Of a stretch of 64,000 nt of DNA, positions 45,234 through 55,910 are shown piece by piece; the stretch's first letter is position 1, and the number at the start of each line of letters is the position of its first letter. The position numbers were made by a program, and so were the translations under genes. Origin of the DNA: Bacteroidales bacterium (GTDB lineage: Bacteria > Bacteroidota > Bacteroidia > Bacteroidales > Paludibacteraceae); contig JALFZG010000010.1 of the NCBI GenBank assembly GCA_022784645.1, positions 43-64,042 on the forward strand. Reading direction: 5' to 3'. The notes beneath the pieces are model-generated. The model made no database searches. It was not told where the DNA came from and saw only the letters and a program-made list of their open reading frames with translations.

Positions 45234-47042
45234 TTAATACCCCGGATTCTGGTCGGCATCGGTGATCGCATCGTTAGCGTTGATTTCTGCCTGCGGAATC
45301 GGACGGTACCACTTATATTCGCCTGCAAGATTCTGCATCTGCGCAGCATCAGTGATGTAGTAGCTGTACGCAACGTTGTAATGCACGAGTTGCTTGGTGC
45401 GGCGGAGGTCCATCCAACGATGTCCTTCTGCATAGAGCTCGCGAGCGCGCTCATCGAGGATGAGGTCGATAGGCTGGAGGCTGCCGGTTGCATATTCGGG
45501 AGCGTAAGAGGTGAAGGTGGTTGGAGCAAGTCCTGCGCGTGCTCGAACCTTATTGATATAATCAAGTGCCTCAGCCTCTTTACCTGCGAGCAACTGTGCC
45601 TCAGCAGCTACGAGGAAGATATCAGAGAGGTGGAGCAGCACGATATCGCGGTAGCAGTTCTTATTACCGTTGGACTGGATCGAGTTGGGATCATCCCATT
45701 TCTTTACGGTAGGAGCGAAGTCCAAACCTTCGTAAACGGTGGTCTCATACTCGGTGGTGCTAACAGTCTTCTTCAGCACAGAGCCATCGGTGTTGAACGT
45801 CCAGCACGGCATCTTGTCGGTCATCTGATAAGCCTTGGGGGCAAGCACCTGGGTGTTCATGCTGAAGCGCTCCTGGTTCGCAGCCAGATAAGCGGTCATC
45901 TCAGCATCGGTAGCATACCAGGGGAAGTACTTGCGCCAGATGGGGAGGGTAGCCTGCGTAGCAGCATCCTGCTTATAATAAGCGAAGTAGCCCTTGTCGT
46001 AATTCGTACCGTCATAGCCATAGAAGGTAGTCATGAAGGTAGCCTCAAAGCGTTGGTCGCCTTTCTCCCACATATATACAGACTTGCGAGTAGGTGCATC
46101 TTCAGAGTCAGAATACTTTCCGCCGGTCTTGGATGGATTGTCAAAATACGAACCATAGTGATTCTGTAATCCGTGACCTCCTTCAGCAACTGCGCCGGGA
46201 TAGCCAGCCAAATCGTATTGCACAGAGAAAATCTCCTCGCCATTGCCTTCGTTTGCCGGAAGCCATTTCTCTTCAAAGGTCATGGTCGTGAGGTCGTTTA
46301 CAGCACCCATCTGAATAGCCTTATCTGCCCATTCAGCCGCTTTGGCGAAATAGCCATTGGCATCATTAACGGTGTAGGTTCCATTAACGGCATCTGCAAC
46401 AGTGGTGCCGAGGTCCCATGCTGCTGCTAGATACACCTTAGCGAGGAGGGCAGCACCAGCGCGCTTGGAAGCGTGACCTACGTGGTTTTCTTCATCGAGC
46501 GAAGCCGAATTAGCCACTTTTGTGAGGTCCTCGAAGAGACTAGTATAGATCTGATTCAATTCCGTACGCGGATAGTTGCGGTTGGAATTATTGATATACT
46601 CGGTAATGAAAGGTACTGCACCAAACTGCTGGGTGAGTACATAATACATATACGAGCGGATGAAGAGTGCTTCGTCAGAATACTTGCCTTCTTTGTCATA
46701 ATAGATGAGTGCGTTGGCAGCGTTGATGCAAGCGTAACATTGCGAATACAAGCTCTTGATATCTGCATTCTCAGGAGTGTAGATATAGTTCTGGAGCTGC
46801 GATGCTGCTTTCAAGTGCGACATCATATAGAGGTCGGTACCTTTTACAAACACGTCCGTGCGCGAAACTACCGGCTTCATGAGCGAGTAGGCGTAGGGGA
46901 GGAGCTTATCGGGGTTCTGATCAAAGTAATCAGCAGCGGTCTGACCGCCGGTTTTCTTGTTCTCGGCCTCGAGGAAGTCGCAGGAGGTCATAGCACACAT
47001 GCTAACCAGCGCGAGAGCCAAAATATAGAATTTCGTTTTCAT
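45234..47042 (-). CDS. SusD/RagB family nutrient-binding outer-membrane lipoprotein
   Basis: Lipobox (MCAMTSC), a TPR-like SusD fold pattern, and the C-terminal YRPIPQAEINANDAI motif typical of SusD homologs. 602 aa. Confidence 0.9.
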   Translation of the reverse strand: MKTKFYILALALVSMCAMTSCDFLEAENKKTGGQTAADYFDQNPDKLLPYAYSLMKPVVSRTDVFVKGTDLYMMSHLKAASQLQNYIYTPENADIKSLYSQCYACINAANALIYYDKEGKYSDEALFIRSYMYYVLTQQFGAVPFITEYINNSNRNYPRTELNQIYTSLFEDLTKVANSASLDEENHVGHASKRAGAALLAKVYLAAAWDLGTTVADAVNGTYTVNDANGYFAKAAEWADKAIQMGAVNDLTTMTFEEKWLPANEGNGEEIFSVQYDLAGYPGAVAEGGHGLQNHYGSYFDNPSKTGGKYSDSEDAPTRKSVYMWEKGDQRFEATFMTTFYGYDGTNYDKGYFAYYKQDAATQATLPIWRKYFPWYATDAEMTAYLAANQERFSMNTQVLAPKAYQMTDKMPCWTFNTDGSVLKKTVSTTEYETTVYEGLDFAPTVKKWDDPNSIQSNGNKNCYRDIVLLHLSDIFLVAAEAQLLAGKEAEALDYINKVRARAGLAPTTFTSYAPEYATGSLQPIDLILDERARELYAEGHRWMDLRRTKQLVHYNVAYSYYITDAAQMQNLAGEYKWYRPIPQAEINANDAITDADQNPGY

Positions 47043-47086
47043 AACTTTTTCTCCTTAATTTATTTATATTGCGGGTTAGACATTCA

Positions 47087-50000
47087 TTAGAACTTGAGGC
47101 TCAAACCAATCTGGGTGTTGATGGTAGAAGGTGCGTCCTGCTTGAGCGATGCGTTTGCCCACTCTGGGTCGAAACCATTGTAGGTAGTAGCTACAAACGG
47201 GTTGGTAACCGTTACGTAGAAACGCAGTTTCTGCAAGTGAATCTTCTCGAGTTCTTTCTTCTGTAGGCTGTAAGCGAGGGTGATGTTCTTTACTTTGAGG
47301 AAGCTTGCATCCACGATGGTGCTTACGTTGGCGTTCCAATCAGCGTAGAAATTGCTGGTGCCATAGATAGCGGGGAACGGCCATGAGCCGTAATGCGTTG
47401 ATTCCTGATATTTGGGGTTGTTGTACGTACCATCTGCATTTACGCCATCGCAGTCGATGATGGTGCCTGCAGGGATGTAATAATCCAACGCCATGTGCTG
47501 CTTACCGCGGTCAGCATAGGTGCTATACTGCGAGTAGAAGTTAGACTTCACAATCGAGCCATAGCGACCATAGAGCGAGAAGGAGAATTCAAAGCCCTTA
47601 TAGGTGAGGGTAGAGGTGAGTGAACCGGTGATTTTCGGGTCAGAAGAGAACACTTTCTTGTCGTCGTCGGTGAACTTACCATCACCGTTGACGTCTTTAA
47701 TAATCGGTGCACCTTCTACCCAACCATACGTCTGGAAGTAGTAGTCGCATTCACGCATCGTCTCGCCTGGGGTAAGGCCCTTAGCTACAGCAATCTCATT
47801 GTCAGGTACAACCATCTCGTGGTCAGATACGATACCTGTCCACTCGTAGTTATATACGTTGTTGATTGGCTGGCCAATGAAAAGACCATCATTGGGGAGG
47901 TCATTGCCCGATCCGTTGATGTTCAATACGCGGTTGGTGTTGTGAGCGAGGGTGAAGCTCGTTTCCCAGCGCCAGCCATTGGTATCTACGTTGATAGTCT
48001 TCAAGCCTACCTCCACACCGCGGTTCAAAACCGAACCAACGTTGGTGATAACGGTGCCGCCACCTGCTTCGAGCGGGAGCTCAACTGCGTAGAGGAGGTT
48101 AGAAGAAACCTTATTGTAGAAGTCAATGGTGCCGGTGATGCGGTCGCGGAGGAAACCGAAGTCAAGACCTGCGTTCCACTCGCGAGAGGTCTCCCACGTG
48201 AGGTTCTCATCTACGATGGCATTGGGGAAATAGCCTACGTTATATGAACCGCCAAACGGGTAGTATGTCGGGTCAGAGAGAATCTGCTGGGTAGCGTAGT
48301 TGCCAATACCGGAGTTGTTACCGGTAAGACCATACGAAAGGCGCCACTTCAAGTTGGTGAGCCATTCAGCACCCTGCATCCAATTTTCTTCCGACATACG
48401 CCATGCGAGCGCTACAGAGGGGAAGTAGCCCCAACGGTGACCTTTCGCAAACTTTGAGCTGCCGTCGCCACGGATAGTAGCGGTAACCATATACTTACCT
48501 GCATACGAGTAATTTGCACGGAGAGCCCATGACATCATCGAGTTCTCGCCATACGAAGAGACACTCTTGTCAGCATTGTATTCGCCCGAAGGAAGGTTAT
48601 ACCACTTGGTGCCCTCGAGCGGGTTAGTGAATGCCCAGAAATATTTCTCGTTATTGTCAGCCGTCATAGAGAAGAGGCCCATCAAATTTACGCTGTGCTT
48701 CTCTGCGAAGGTGTTGTTATACGAGATGGTGTTATCCCAAGTATAGTTGAAATCACGATGGTTAGTGAGTTCAACGAAGTAGTCGGTGTAGTTCTTATCG
48801 AGTGCATCGGGTTTCTGCGCCATGCCGAGGCGGTAGGTAGAGAAGTTGGGCGCAAACATCGACTTGATTTGCAAGCCCTTAATCGGCGTAATCTGGAGAT
48901 AGATATTGCCGAGTGCGCGCCAAGTTTCTTTCTGCTTTTCCTGTGCTTCAATATAGCGGAGTGGGTGCATCTCAGAAGTGAACTGGTTCTCAACCGAACC
49001 GAGCGAAGAGTTCAAGCCCGGCTGCTCGTTGCGATTACCATTAGCATCCACCGGCTGGTTGAATGGGTTCATCAAGAAGGCATGCGATACAGCGTCGTCA
49101 TTGGTGTAATCATTACCCATAAACGAAAGGTTGAAGTTGATACCTGCCTGTACGTATTTATTTATGGTAGCGTCAATAGAGCCCTTGAGATTGATACGAC
49201 GCTGCTGATCGCCTACGAACACGCCCTTGTCCTGGTTGTAACCTACACCGAAGTGGTAGCTTACGTGCTCCGACGAGCCGTTGACTGCGATATAATGATT
49301 CTGCTGGAAACCTTGCTGGAGCACAATCTGAGCCCAATCGGTGGTCATACCATTCTGGAGGAACGTTTTCAAACGATAATCATCAGAAGTAGCATCAGCA
49401 CGAATAGCCATCTGGTCGAAACCGCCAGCCATTGACCAAGTCGGTTGCGAGGTGAGAGCGTTGGCCAAACCACCAGCCATACCCATGAAGCGGGTAAAAC
49501 GATAGTCGTAGAACTGCTGCGGACTCATGAAGTTATCCATTCGAGCTGCGTTTACGAAACCAACATACATATCATAGCTGATAGCCGGTTTCTTTTCGCG
49601 CTTGCCTTCGGTCGTACCGGATTTGGTGGTAACCTGTACAACACCAGCCGTAGCGCGGCTACCATAGATAGCCGTTGATGATGCGTCTTTGAGCACGTCG
49701 ATGCGGGCAATATCCTGCGGGTTGAGCCAATCTATATCATCACAGATGATACCATCTACCACGTAGATAGGCTTGGTGTCAGAGTTAGTGGACGATTTAC
49801 CACGAATCTCTACATCGAAGCTGCCACCTACACGACCGCTGGCTTGGGTGATGTTTACACCAGCTACAGCGCCCTGAAGCGCTTCTACTACGCCAGTAGT
49901 ACCTTTCGAGGTGATGGCTTCGTTGTTAACCGAAGTCACGGAGCCGGTAAGGTCATTCTTCTTCATCTGACCATAACCAACAACTACCACCTCGTCGAGT

Positions 50001-50311
50001 TTCTTGGTGTCTTCGCTCAGGGTGACCTTCACGGTAGTTTGCTTGCCTACCGTAATCTCCTGATTCGAATAACCGATGTAAGAGAACACCAAAACGTCGG
50101 ATGATTTAACATTGTCAACGGTGAAGTTACCATCGAAATCGGTAATCGTACCATTGGTGGTACCCTTCACCTGAATACTTACGCCGATGAGTGGCTCGCC
50201 GCTTTCATCGACTACCACGCCGGAGACTGTTTGCTGAGCATATGCCCACAAACAAGCTGCGCTCATAAAGAGCGTCATCATGGCTTTTTTGAAAAGTGAA
50301 TTCATGTCCAT
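47087..50311 (-). CDS. SusC/RagA family TonB-dependent outer-membrane transporter
   Basis: 1074 aa with a CarboxypepD_reg-like N-terminal domain (VSGVVVDESGEPLIGVSIQVKGTTNGTITDFDGNF), a plug, and a 22-strand barrel ending in ...IGLSLKF. Confidence 0.95.
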   Translation of the reverse strand: MDMNSLFKKAMMTLFMSAACLWAYAQQTVSGVVVDESGEPLIGVSIQVKGTTNGTITDFDGNFTVDNVKSSDVLVFSYIGYSNQEITVGKQTTVKVTLSEDTKKLDEVVVVGYGQMKKNDLTGSVTSVNNEAITSKGTTGVVEALQGAVAGVNITQASGRVGGSFDVEIRGKSSTNSDTKPIYVVDGIICDDIDWLNPQDIARIDVLKDASSTAIYGSRATAGVVQVTTKSGTTEGKREKKPAISYDMYVGFVNAARMDNFMSPQQFYDYRFTRFMGMAGGLANALTSQPTWSMAGGFDQMAIRADATSDDYRLKTFLQNGMTTDWAQIVLQQGFQQNHYIAVNGSSEHVSYHFGVGYNQDKGVFVGDQQRRINLKGSIDATINKYVQAGINFNLSFMGNDYTNDDAVSHAFLMNPFNQPVDANGNRNEQPGLNSSLGSVENQFTSEMHPLRYIEAQEKQKETWRALGNIYLQITPIKGLQIKSMFAPNFSTYRLGMAQKPDALDKNYTDYFVELTNHRDFNYTWDNTISYNNTFAEKHSVNLMGLFSMTADNNEKYFWAFTNPLEGTKWYNLPSGEYNADKSVSSYGENSMMSWALRANYSYAGKYMVTATIRGDGSSKFAKGHRWGYFPSVALAWRMSEENWMQGAEWLTNLKWRLSYGLTGNNSGIGNYATQQILSDPTYYPFGGSYNVGYFPNAIVDENLTWETSREWNAGLDFGFLRDRITGTIDFYNKVSSNLLYAVELPLEAGGGTVITNVGSVLNRGVEVGLKTINVDTNGWRWETSFTLAHNTNRVLNINGSGNDLPNDGLFIGQPINNVYNYEWTGIVSDHEMVVPDNEIAVAKGLTPGETMRECDYYFQTYGWVEGAPIIKDVNGDGKFTDDDKKVFSSDPKITGSLTSTLTYKGFEFSFSLYGRYGSIVKSNFYSQYSTYADRGKQHMALDYYIPAGTIIDCDGVNADGTYNNPKYQESTHYGSWPFPAIYGTSNFYADWNANVSTIVDASFLKVKNITLAYSLQKKELEKIHLQKLRFYVTVTNPFVATTYNGFDPEWANASLKQDAPSTINTQIGLSLKF

Positions 50312-50368
50312 AAAGGATTTTGTTGTTATGTTTTAAATGTATTACGATTTACGCAAAATTTCACGGTG

Positions 50369-50376
50369 CAAAATTA
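50369..50376 (-). promoter_or_regulatory. -7 promoter box for the susC-like operon
   Basis: CAAAATTA on the plus strand is TAATTTTG on the minus strand, about 58 nt upstream of the ATG at 50311. Confidence 0.55.
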
Positions 50377-50622
50377 CTCCTTTTTTATGGAATAAAGGCG
50401 TGAAAAACTGACAAAATATGTGTAAAAACTGACGTATTCTGCAAAATATGTGCAAAAACGCGCAATTTTTCTCTTTTTGGAGCTGCACTCATGCGCGCGC
50501 ACGTACCTTATTAAATTTATCGTGTGCACGCATATTGCAAGACGCGGGGAGATTATTGCCATAATGAGCGGTGGATGTTGCTTCGTTATTTCCGCCATAA
50601 CGAGCGGATGTATATTGTTTCA

Positions 50623-52116
50623 TTATTTCCGCCATAATGTGGGGCTAAAGAGGAGCAGGACGGTGAAGATTTCCAAACGCCCTACGAGCATCATCAGCGC
50701 GCACACCCATTTCGCCAAAGCAGGGAAGCAAGCATACGATCCTACTGGGGCGAAGTTGCCAATACACACACCTACATCGCCTACAGCACTGATGGCTGTG
50801 CCTACCGACAAGTCAAACGGAAGTCCACAGGCGCAGAATATCATGATGCCGAGGAGGGTGATTGCCAAGTAGAAAAACATGAACGCCATGACGTCGTTGA
50901 TGGTTTGTTGCGCTACAGGTTTGCCATTGAGTTTGGCCGGAATAATGGCATTCGGATGGATGCGTCGGCGGCATTCAGCAATGCCGTTTTTCAGAAGCAG
51001 TACTACTCGAATCTGCTTCATACCGCCAGCCGTAGAGCCCGCACAACCGCCTAAGAGCATCAGGAAAACGACAAACACCCAAAACAGTTTCGGCCAATCC
51101 GTGTAGTCAGCCGCAGCAAAACCCGTACTTGTGACAGCCGATACCACCGTGAAGAATGCTTCGCGAGTGGCTTTTTCTACCACCTGAAGTTTCGTGCTCC
51201 AATCGGCTGTTACGTCCGTCGATGGAAAATAATGGCGCACCAATCCCACAGCCAAGAGCATCGTAAAAAGTAGCAATCCCACTATGTACCAGCGCGTTTC
51301 TTCATCTTTCCACAAGCGGCTGGGTTTGCCGCGAAAAACAAAAATCAGCAAGGTGAAGTTGATGCCTGCAAGTAGCATGAAGATGCCTACTATCCATTGG
51401 ATAGTGGGGCTGTAGCCGAGAATGCTGGCGTTCTTCGTGGAGAAGCCACCGGTAGCAATGGTAGATAGCGAATGGCATACGGAGTCAAATCCCTCCATAC
51501 CGCACAACCAAAGGAGCCCAACCTCTGTGAGGGTCATGACGATATACATCATCCACATGCTCTTGGCCGTACCGGAAATGCGCGGGCCGAGTTTCTCATA
51601 ACTGACACCCGTCACCTCAGCCGAATAAAGTTGCATGCCGCCCAAACCGAACATCGGCAACACCGCAATACTCAGCACGATAATACCCATACCGCCAATC
51701 CATTGGCTGAGGCTGCGCCAAAAGAGAATGCCGTGCGAGAGGATTTCTACATCGTTGAAGATTGTTCCACCAAATGTGGAGAATCCTGACATCGATTCAA
51801 AATAGCTATCGGTTATCGTTGTACAAGCACCTGAAAGATAAAAAGGCAGGCAGCCAAAGGCAGAGAACACAATCCAAATGGAAGCCACGATGGCGTATCC
51901 CTCTCGTTGCCCCACTTTCTTCGGCGCTTTGCGGCCGGAAAGCAAACCCACCAAACCAGCGATAAACGTAATGGAAGTGGATACAATGAAAGCACCCGTA
52001 TCCCAATCGTGATAAAAATAGGATACCAGCGTAGGAACACACATGAAGATTGCTTCAATCAAGAGTAGTGCTCCCAAGGTTTTGAATACTATTTTCCAAT
52101 TAAACGTGCGAGTCAT
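50623..52116 (-). CDS. trkH: Potassium uptake protein TrkH
   Basis: 497 aa polytopic protein in the TrkH/KtrB family, directly downstream of trkA. Confidence 0.9.
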   Translation of the reverse strand: MTRTFNWKIVFKTLGALLLIEAIFMCVPTLVSYFYHDWDTGAFIVSTSITFIAGLVGLLSGRKAPKKVGQREGYAIVASIWIVFSAFGCLPFYLSGACTTITDSYFESMSGFSTFGGTIFNDVEILSHGILFWRSLSQWIGGMGIIVLSIAVLPMFGLGGMQLYSAEVTGVSYEKLGPRISGTAKSMWMMYIVMTLTEVGLLWLCGMEGFDSVCHSLSTIATGGFSTKNASILGYSPTIQWIVGIFMLLAGINFTLLIFVFRGKPSRLWKDEETRWYIVGLLLFTMLLAVGLVRHYFPSTDVTADWSTKLQVVEKATREAFFTVVSAVTSTGFAAADYTDWPKLFWVFVVFLMLLGGCAGSTAGGMKQIRVVLLLKNGIAECRRRIHPNAIIPAKLNGKPVAQQTINDVMAFMFFYLAITLLGIMIFCACGLPFDLSVGTAISAVGDVGVCIGNFAPVGSYACFPALAKWVCALMMLVGRLEIFTVLLLFSPTLWRK

Positions 52117-52179
52117 TCAGAAAAATGATAATTTATTGTGAGTCAGGAGGTTAACCGACTGAATCATGCGAAACGTGAA

Positions 52180-53517
52180 TCATTCGAAGAATGTCTCCAC
52201 CTTACGGATAACATCGCTTTTGCAGAATACAACGACCACATCGTCTTTCATAATCTGCGTATCGCCGTTGACGAGCACACCTACTCCGGCTCTTACCAGC
52301 GCACCAATATTTGTATCGTCCGGCAAGTGCAAGTCCTTCACCAAATGCTTGGTAACTTTGCTGCCCGCATTGGCTACAAACTCCACAATCTGTGCATCGG
52401 CAGCCGTGAGGTTGCGCACATTACGCACTTTCGAGCGGTTGAGCAACATCTGATAAATATAACTTGCGGTAATGGTTTTCTTATTGAGCACTGTACCGAT
52501 ATCGAGGCCTTCTGCCATCGGGATATAATCCAAATTTTCCACTTCGGCGATGGTTTTCCGTACGCCAAAACGCTTGGCAGCCAAGCAAGCGAAGATATTC
52601 GTTTCGGTATTTTCTGTAAGGGCTACAAACGCATCGGCATCCTCTATTCCTTCTTCTTTCAAGAACTCCATATCGTTGCCGTTTCCGCAGATAATCAGCG
52701 CGTTAGTGAGTTTTTGTGCGAGCTCATTACAGCGGTCGATGTCCGGCTCGATAAGTTTCACGTGGATATCTGCAGGCATCTCCATGATGGTCTTTACCGC
52801 GATGCGGCTGCCGCCATATACGATGACATTTCGGATAGCGTGTTTGTTTTTGTTGGCATGCTCGAGGATAAAGTGGCGATTCTCTCGTTTGAATACGATA
52901 AACACCAAATCGCCGGCTTCAATCTGGTCGTTTCCGCGAGGGATAATCGTGTCATTTCCGCGCTTGATGGCCACCACACGGTATTTTCCGTGATTGAAGA
53001 AACCACTTGCAAAGCGCTTGTACAACATTTCGGCACCCTCCCGCACCTTGACCGCACACACCTCTAAATTGCCACCTGAGAGCAGTAAGTTATAGCGCAT
53101 CCAGTTGGTGTGGAGCGAGTCGCAAATCTCTTTGGCTGCCAACACCTCGGGATAGATGAGATGATTCAAGCCCATTTTCTCGAAGAAACTCTTGTTTTCC
53201 GGGAGCAGAAACTCGTAATTGTCGATTCGTGCAAGCGTTTTATGGGCGCCTAAACTGTTGGCAATCAAGCAAGACGTGATATTCTTGCTCTCATCTGGGG
53301 TGACAGCAATATACAAATCGGCATGTTCAACACCGATATCTTTCAAGTCGTGGAGCGAAGTGGGGCTACCTACTTTGGTGAGCAGGTCGTAGTTAGCATC
53401 AAGCGCGCCTAAACGTTCTTGCTGCTCGTCCATCAGACTGATTTCCATATTTTCGCGGCTGAGCAGTTTCGCCAAATGCGTTCCTACTTCCCCCGCGCCA
53501 GAAATAATAATGCGCAT
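52180..53517 (-). CDS. trkA: Potassium uptake protein TrkA (two RCK/NAD-binding modules)
   Basis: MRIIISGAGEVGTHLAKLL and a second GGSRIAVK Rossmann module. 445 aa. Confidence 0.9.
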   Translation of the reverse strand: MRIIISGAGEVGTHLAKLLSRENMEISLMDEQQERLGALDANYDLLTKVGSPTSLHDLKDIGVEHADLYIAVTPDESKNITSCLIANSLGAHKTLARIDNYEFLLPENKSFFEKMGLNHLIYPEVLAAKEICDSLHTNWMRYNLLLSGGNLEVCAVKVREGAEMLYKRFASGFFNHGKYRVVAIKRGNDTIIPRGNDQIEAGDLVFIVFKRENRHFILEHANKNKHAIRNVIVYGGSRIAVKTIMEMPADIHVKLIEPDIDRCNELAQKLTNALIICGNGNDMEFLKEEGIEDADAFVALTENTETNIFACLAAKRFGVRKTIAEVENLDYIPMAEGLDIGTVLNKKTITASYIYQMLLNRSKVRNVRNLTAADAQIVEFVANAGSKVTKHLVKDLHLPDDTNIGALVRAGVGVLVNGDTQIMKDDVVVVFCKSDVIRKVETFFE

Positions 53518-53592
53518 AATTTATTGGAGCGGAAACTCCTATTGATTGTTTTGCAGCGGAAAGCACCCCAAAAAAGGCTGCCGTACCGCGTT

Positions 53593-55458
53593 TTATCCTT
53601 TCATTATCGTTGCCCTGATACCCTCTGCATCCATACCGAGCATGTGATAGAGTTCATCGGGGGTACCATGTTCTACGAATTGGTCGTTTACGCCAATCAT
53701 TACGATTTTCGACGTATATCCTTTGGCCGCAAAATACTCTGCCACAGCGCTTCCGAGGCCACCTTTGAGGATGCCGTCTTCAGCGGTATAAACGACAGGA
53801 TATTGCGCTGCTTCATCAAGAATAGCCGTGTCAAGCGGCTTCAGCCAACGCATGTCGTAATGGGCAATATCCAAGTCGGCAATGGCTTCGCGGCAAGCGT
53901 TGCCAATAGCGCCAATGGATAACACAGCGGCTTGCTTGCCATCTTTCAGTTTTCTGCCTTTACCCGGCTCCAGCACCTGCCAACGACTGCTATCAACTTG
54001 CCATTCAGCCGTCCCCGGCTCCAATGCGGCGGCACCGCGAGGATAACGGATGGCTATTGGGCCATTGACTTTCTCCACGGCAGTATAGAGCATTTTCTCC
54101 AAGTCCTGCGCTGACATGGGAGCGGCAATCATGAGATTGGGGATGGGGCGAAGGAATGCCAAATCGAGCAAACCATGGTGCGTAGCACCATCTTGCCCCA
54201 CGATGCCGGCTCGGTCAATCGTCAGCACCACATGCAATTTCTGCAAGGCTATATCATGGATGATATTGTCATACGAACGTTGCAAGAAACTTGAATAGAT
54301 ATTGCAAACGGCTGTTTTGCCGGCTTTGGCCAATCCGCCAGAGAACGTTACGGCATGTCCTTCTGCTATACCTACATCAAATACGCGCGCAGGCATGACT
54401 TTCTGCATGATATTCATCGAGCAACCGGTAGGCATAGCCGGGGTGATGCCCACGATGGATTCGTTTTTCTCCGCCAACTTCAGGAGCGTTTCGCCAAACA
54501 CCTCTTGCCATAGTTTGCTATGCTTGGCGATTTGCCGTTGCCCGGTTTCGGGGTCGAATTTTCCGGGAGCATGCCAAATCGTCTGGTCGGCTTCTGCCGG
54601 TCCGTAGCCTTTGCCTTTCTGCGTAATCAAATGCAGTACTTTCGGCCCGCGGTAGTCTTTTATCTCTTGCAGAATCTTCACGAGCGTCTTAACGTCATGC
54701 CCATCTGCCGGACCAAAATAGCGGAGGTTCAAGCCCGAGAAAATGTTGCGATGTTGCTTTGAAAGGATGGCTTTCATGTTGTTATGAAAGCGCTGTACAC
54801 GTTTCTTTCGGATATCATTCATGATGCCCAGTTGCTTGAGTATCGTGTACATCCGATAGCGCCAGTCGTTGTATGTCTTGCTCGTGGTGATGTCCACAAG
54901 ATATTGCGTAATGCCACCTTTGATGGGGTCGATGGCCATATTGTTGTCGTTGAGAATGATGAGCAGATTGCTGTCGATCATCGAGGCATTATTCAATCCC
55001 TCATATGCCAAACCGCCGGTCATGGCGCCATCACCGATAATGGCTACCGTATGCACCCCCGGGTTCGCAACTGCCATTCCCAAAGCTGCAGAGATGGAGT
55101 TGCTGGCATGGCCTGCAATAAACGAATCGTATTCGCTCTCATACGGAGTGGGGAAGGGGGCAATACCATGAAACTTACGGTTGGTTGAGAAACGATCCCT
55201 GCGCCCAGTAAGAATTTTATGAGCGTATGCCTGATGCCCTACGTCCCACACCAGATTGTCGGTGGGCGTATTCATCACGTAATGCAGTGCAACAGTAAGC
55301 TCGATAGCCCCGAGCGAGGAAGCCAAATGTCCTGGGTTTTTGCTGAGCTCTGAGATGATGAAATTACGTAGTTCTGCGCAGACCTCAGGCAGTTCATCGA
55401 TGGGAATCTGCTTCAGATCCGCGGGGGAGTCAATTCTGTTTAAATATTTGTATTCCAT
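53593..55458 (-). CDS. dxs: 1-deoxy-D-xylulose-5-phosphate synthase
   Basis: TPP motif [18 protein letters not shown] and transketolase-like domains. 621 aa. Confidence 0.95.
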   Translation of the reverse strand: MEYKYLNRIDSPADLKQIPIDELPEVCAELRNFIISELSKNPGHLASSLGAIELTVALHYVMNTPTDNLVWDVGHQAYAHKILTGRRDRFSTNRKFHGIAPFPTPYESEYDSFIAGHASNSISAALGMAVANPGVHTVAIIGDGAMTGGLAYEGLNNASMIDSNLLIILNDNNMAIDPIKGGITQYLVDITTSKTYNDWRYRMYTILKQLGIMNDIRKKRVQRFHNNMKAILSKQHRNIFSGLNLRYFGPADGHDVKTLVKILQEIKDYRGPKVLHLITQKGKGYGPAEADQTIWHAPGKFDPETGQRQIAKHSKLWQEVFGETLLKLAEKNESIVGITPAMPTGCSMNIMQKVMPARVFDVGIAEGHAVTFSGGLAKAGKTAVCNIYSSFLQRSYDNIIHDIALQKLHVVLTIDRAGIVGQDGATHHGLLDLAFLRPIPNLMIAAPMSAQDLEKMLYTAVEKVNGPIAIRYPRGAAALEPGTAEWQVDSSRWQVLEPGKGRKLKDGKQAAVLSIGAIGNACREAIADLDIAHYDMRWLKPLDTAILDEAAQYPVVYTAEDGILKGGLGSAVAEYFAAKGYTSKIVMIGVNDQFVEHGTPDELYHMLGMDAEGIRATIMKG

Positions 55459-55479
55459 ACAAAAATCCTATTTGAGGTG

Positions 55480-55487
55480 CAAAGTTA
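55480..55487 (-). promoter_or_regulatory. -7 promoter box for dxs
   Basis: CAAAGTTA on the plus strand is TAACTTTG on the minus strand, 22 nt upstream of the ATG. Confidence 0.55.
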
Positions 55488-55529
55488 CTGCTTTTTTCTG
55501 ACATGTACAAATATTTTAGCTTTTTTTTG

Positions 55530-55537
55530 TAATTTTG
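55530..55537 (+). promoter_or_regulatory. Orphan consensus -7 box divergent from dxs
   Basis: TAATTTTG with a T-rich upstream tract. There is no ORF for about 370 nt downstream. Confidence 0.35.
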
Positions 55538-55849
55538 CTTAAATTATCCGGTTCGTCCATCCGATTTGTTCGTTGGCGTGGTTGTGTTTTTGCTCCGTTC
55601 GAATTTGCCATGAAAGATGGTAACTCGAAGTGGTAAAAAAACAATTGTACTCAAAATATGAATAATTATGCGTTGACGGAATAGGAATAAATCTTTCAAT
55701 AGGTAAAAAATCTTGTTACTAATAATAATTTTTTGTTGTTTTGTTAAAAATGTTGACTTTTATGATAACAACAATAAAACTTTTACCCAATATTATCAAA
55801 AAAACACACAATTTGCAAATATGATAAATAGGATTAACAAAAAAAACAC

Positions 55850-55857
55850 TATCTTTG
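55850..55857 (+). promoter_or_regulatory. -7 promoter box for the second XRE regulator
   Basis: TATCTTTG lies about 54 nt upstream of the ATG at 55911. Confidence 0.5.
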
Positions 55858-55910
55858 CAGCGTTTTTCAAACCAATATTATTCTTTAATCTTAAAACCAC
55901 TTTACCAATT

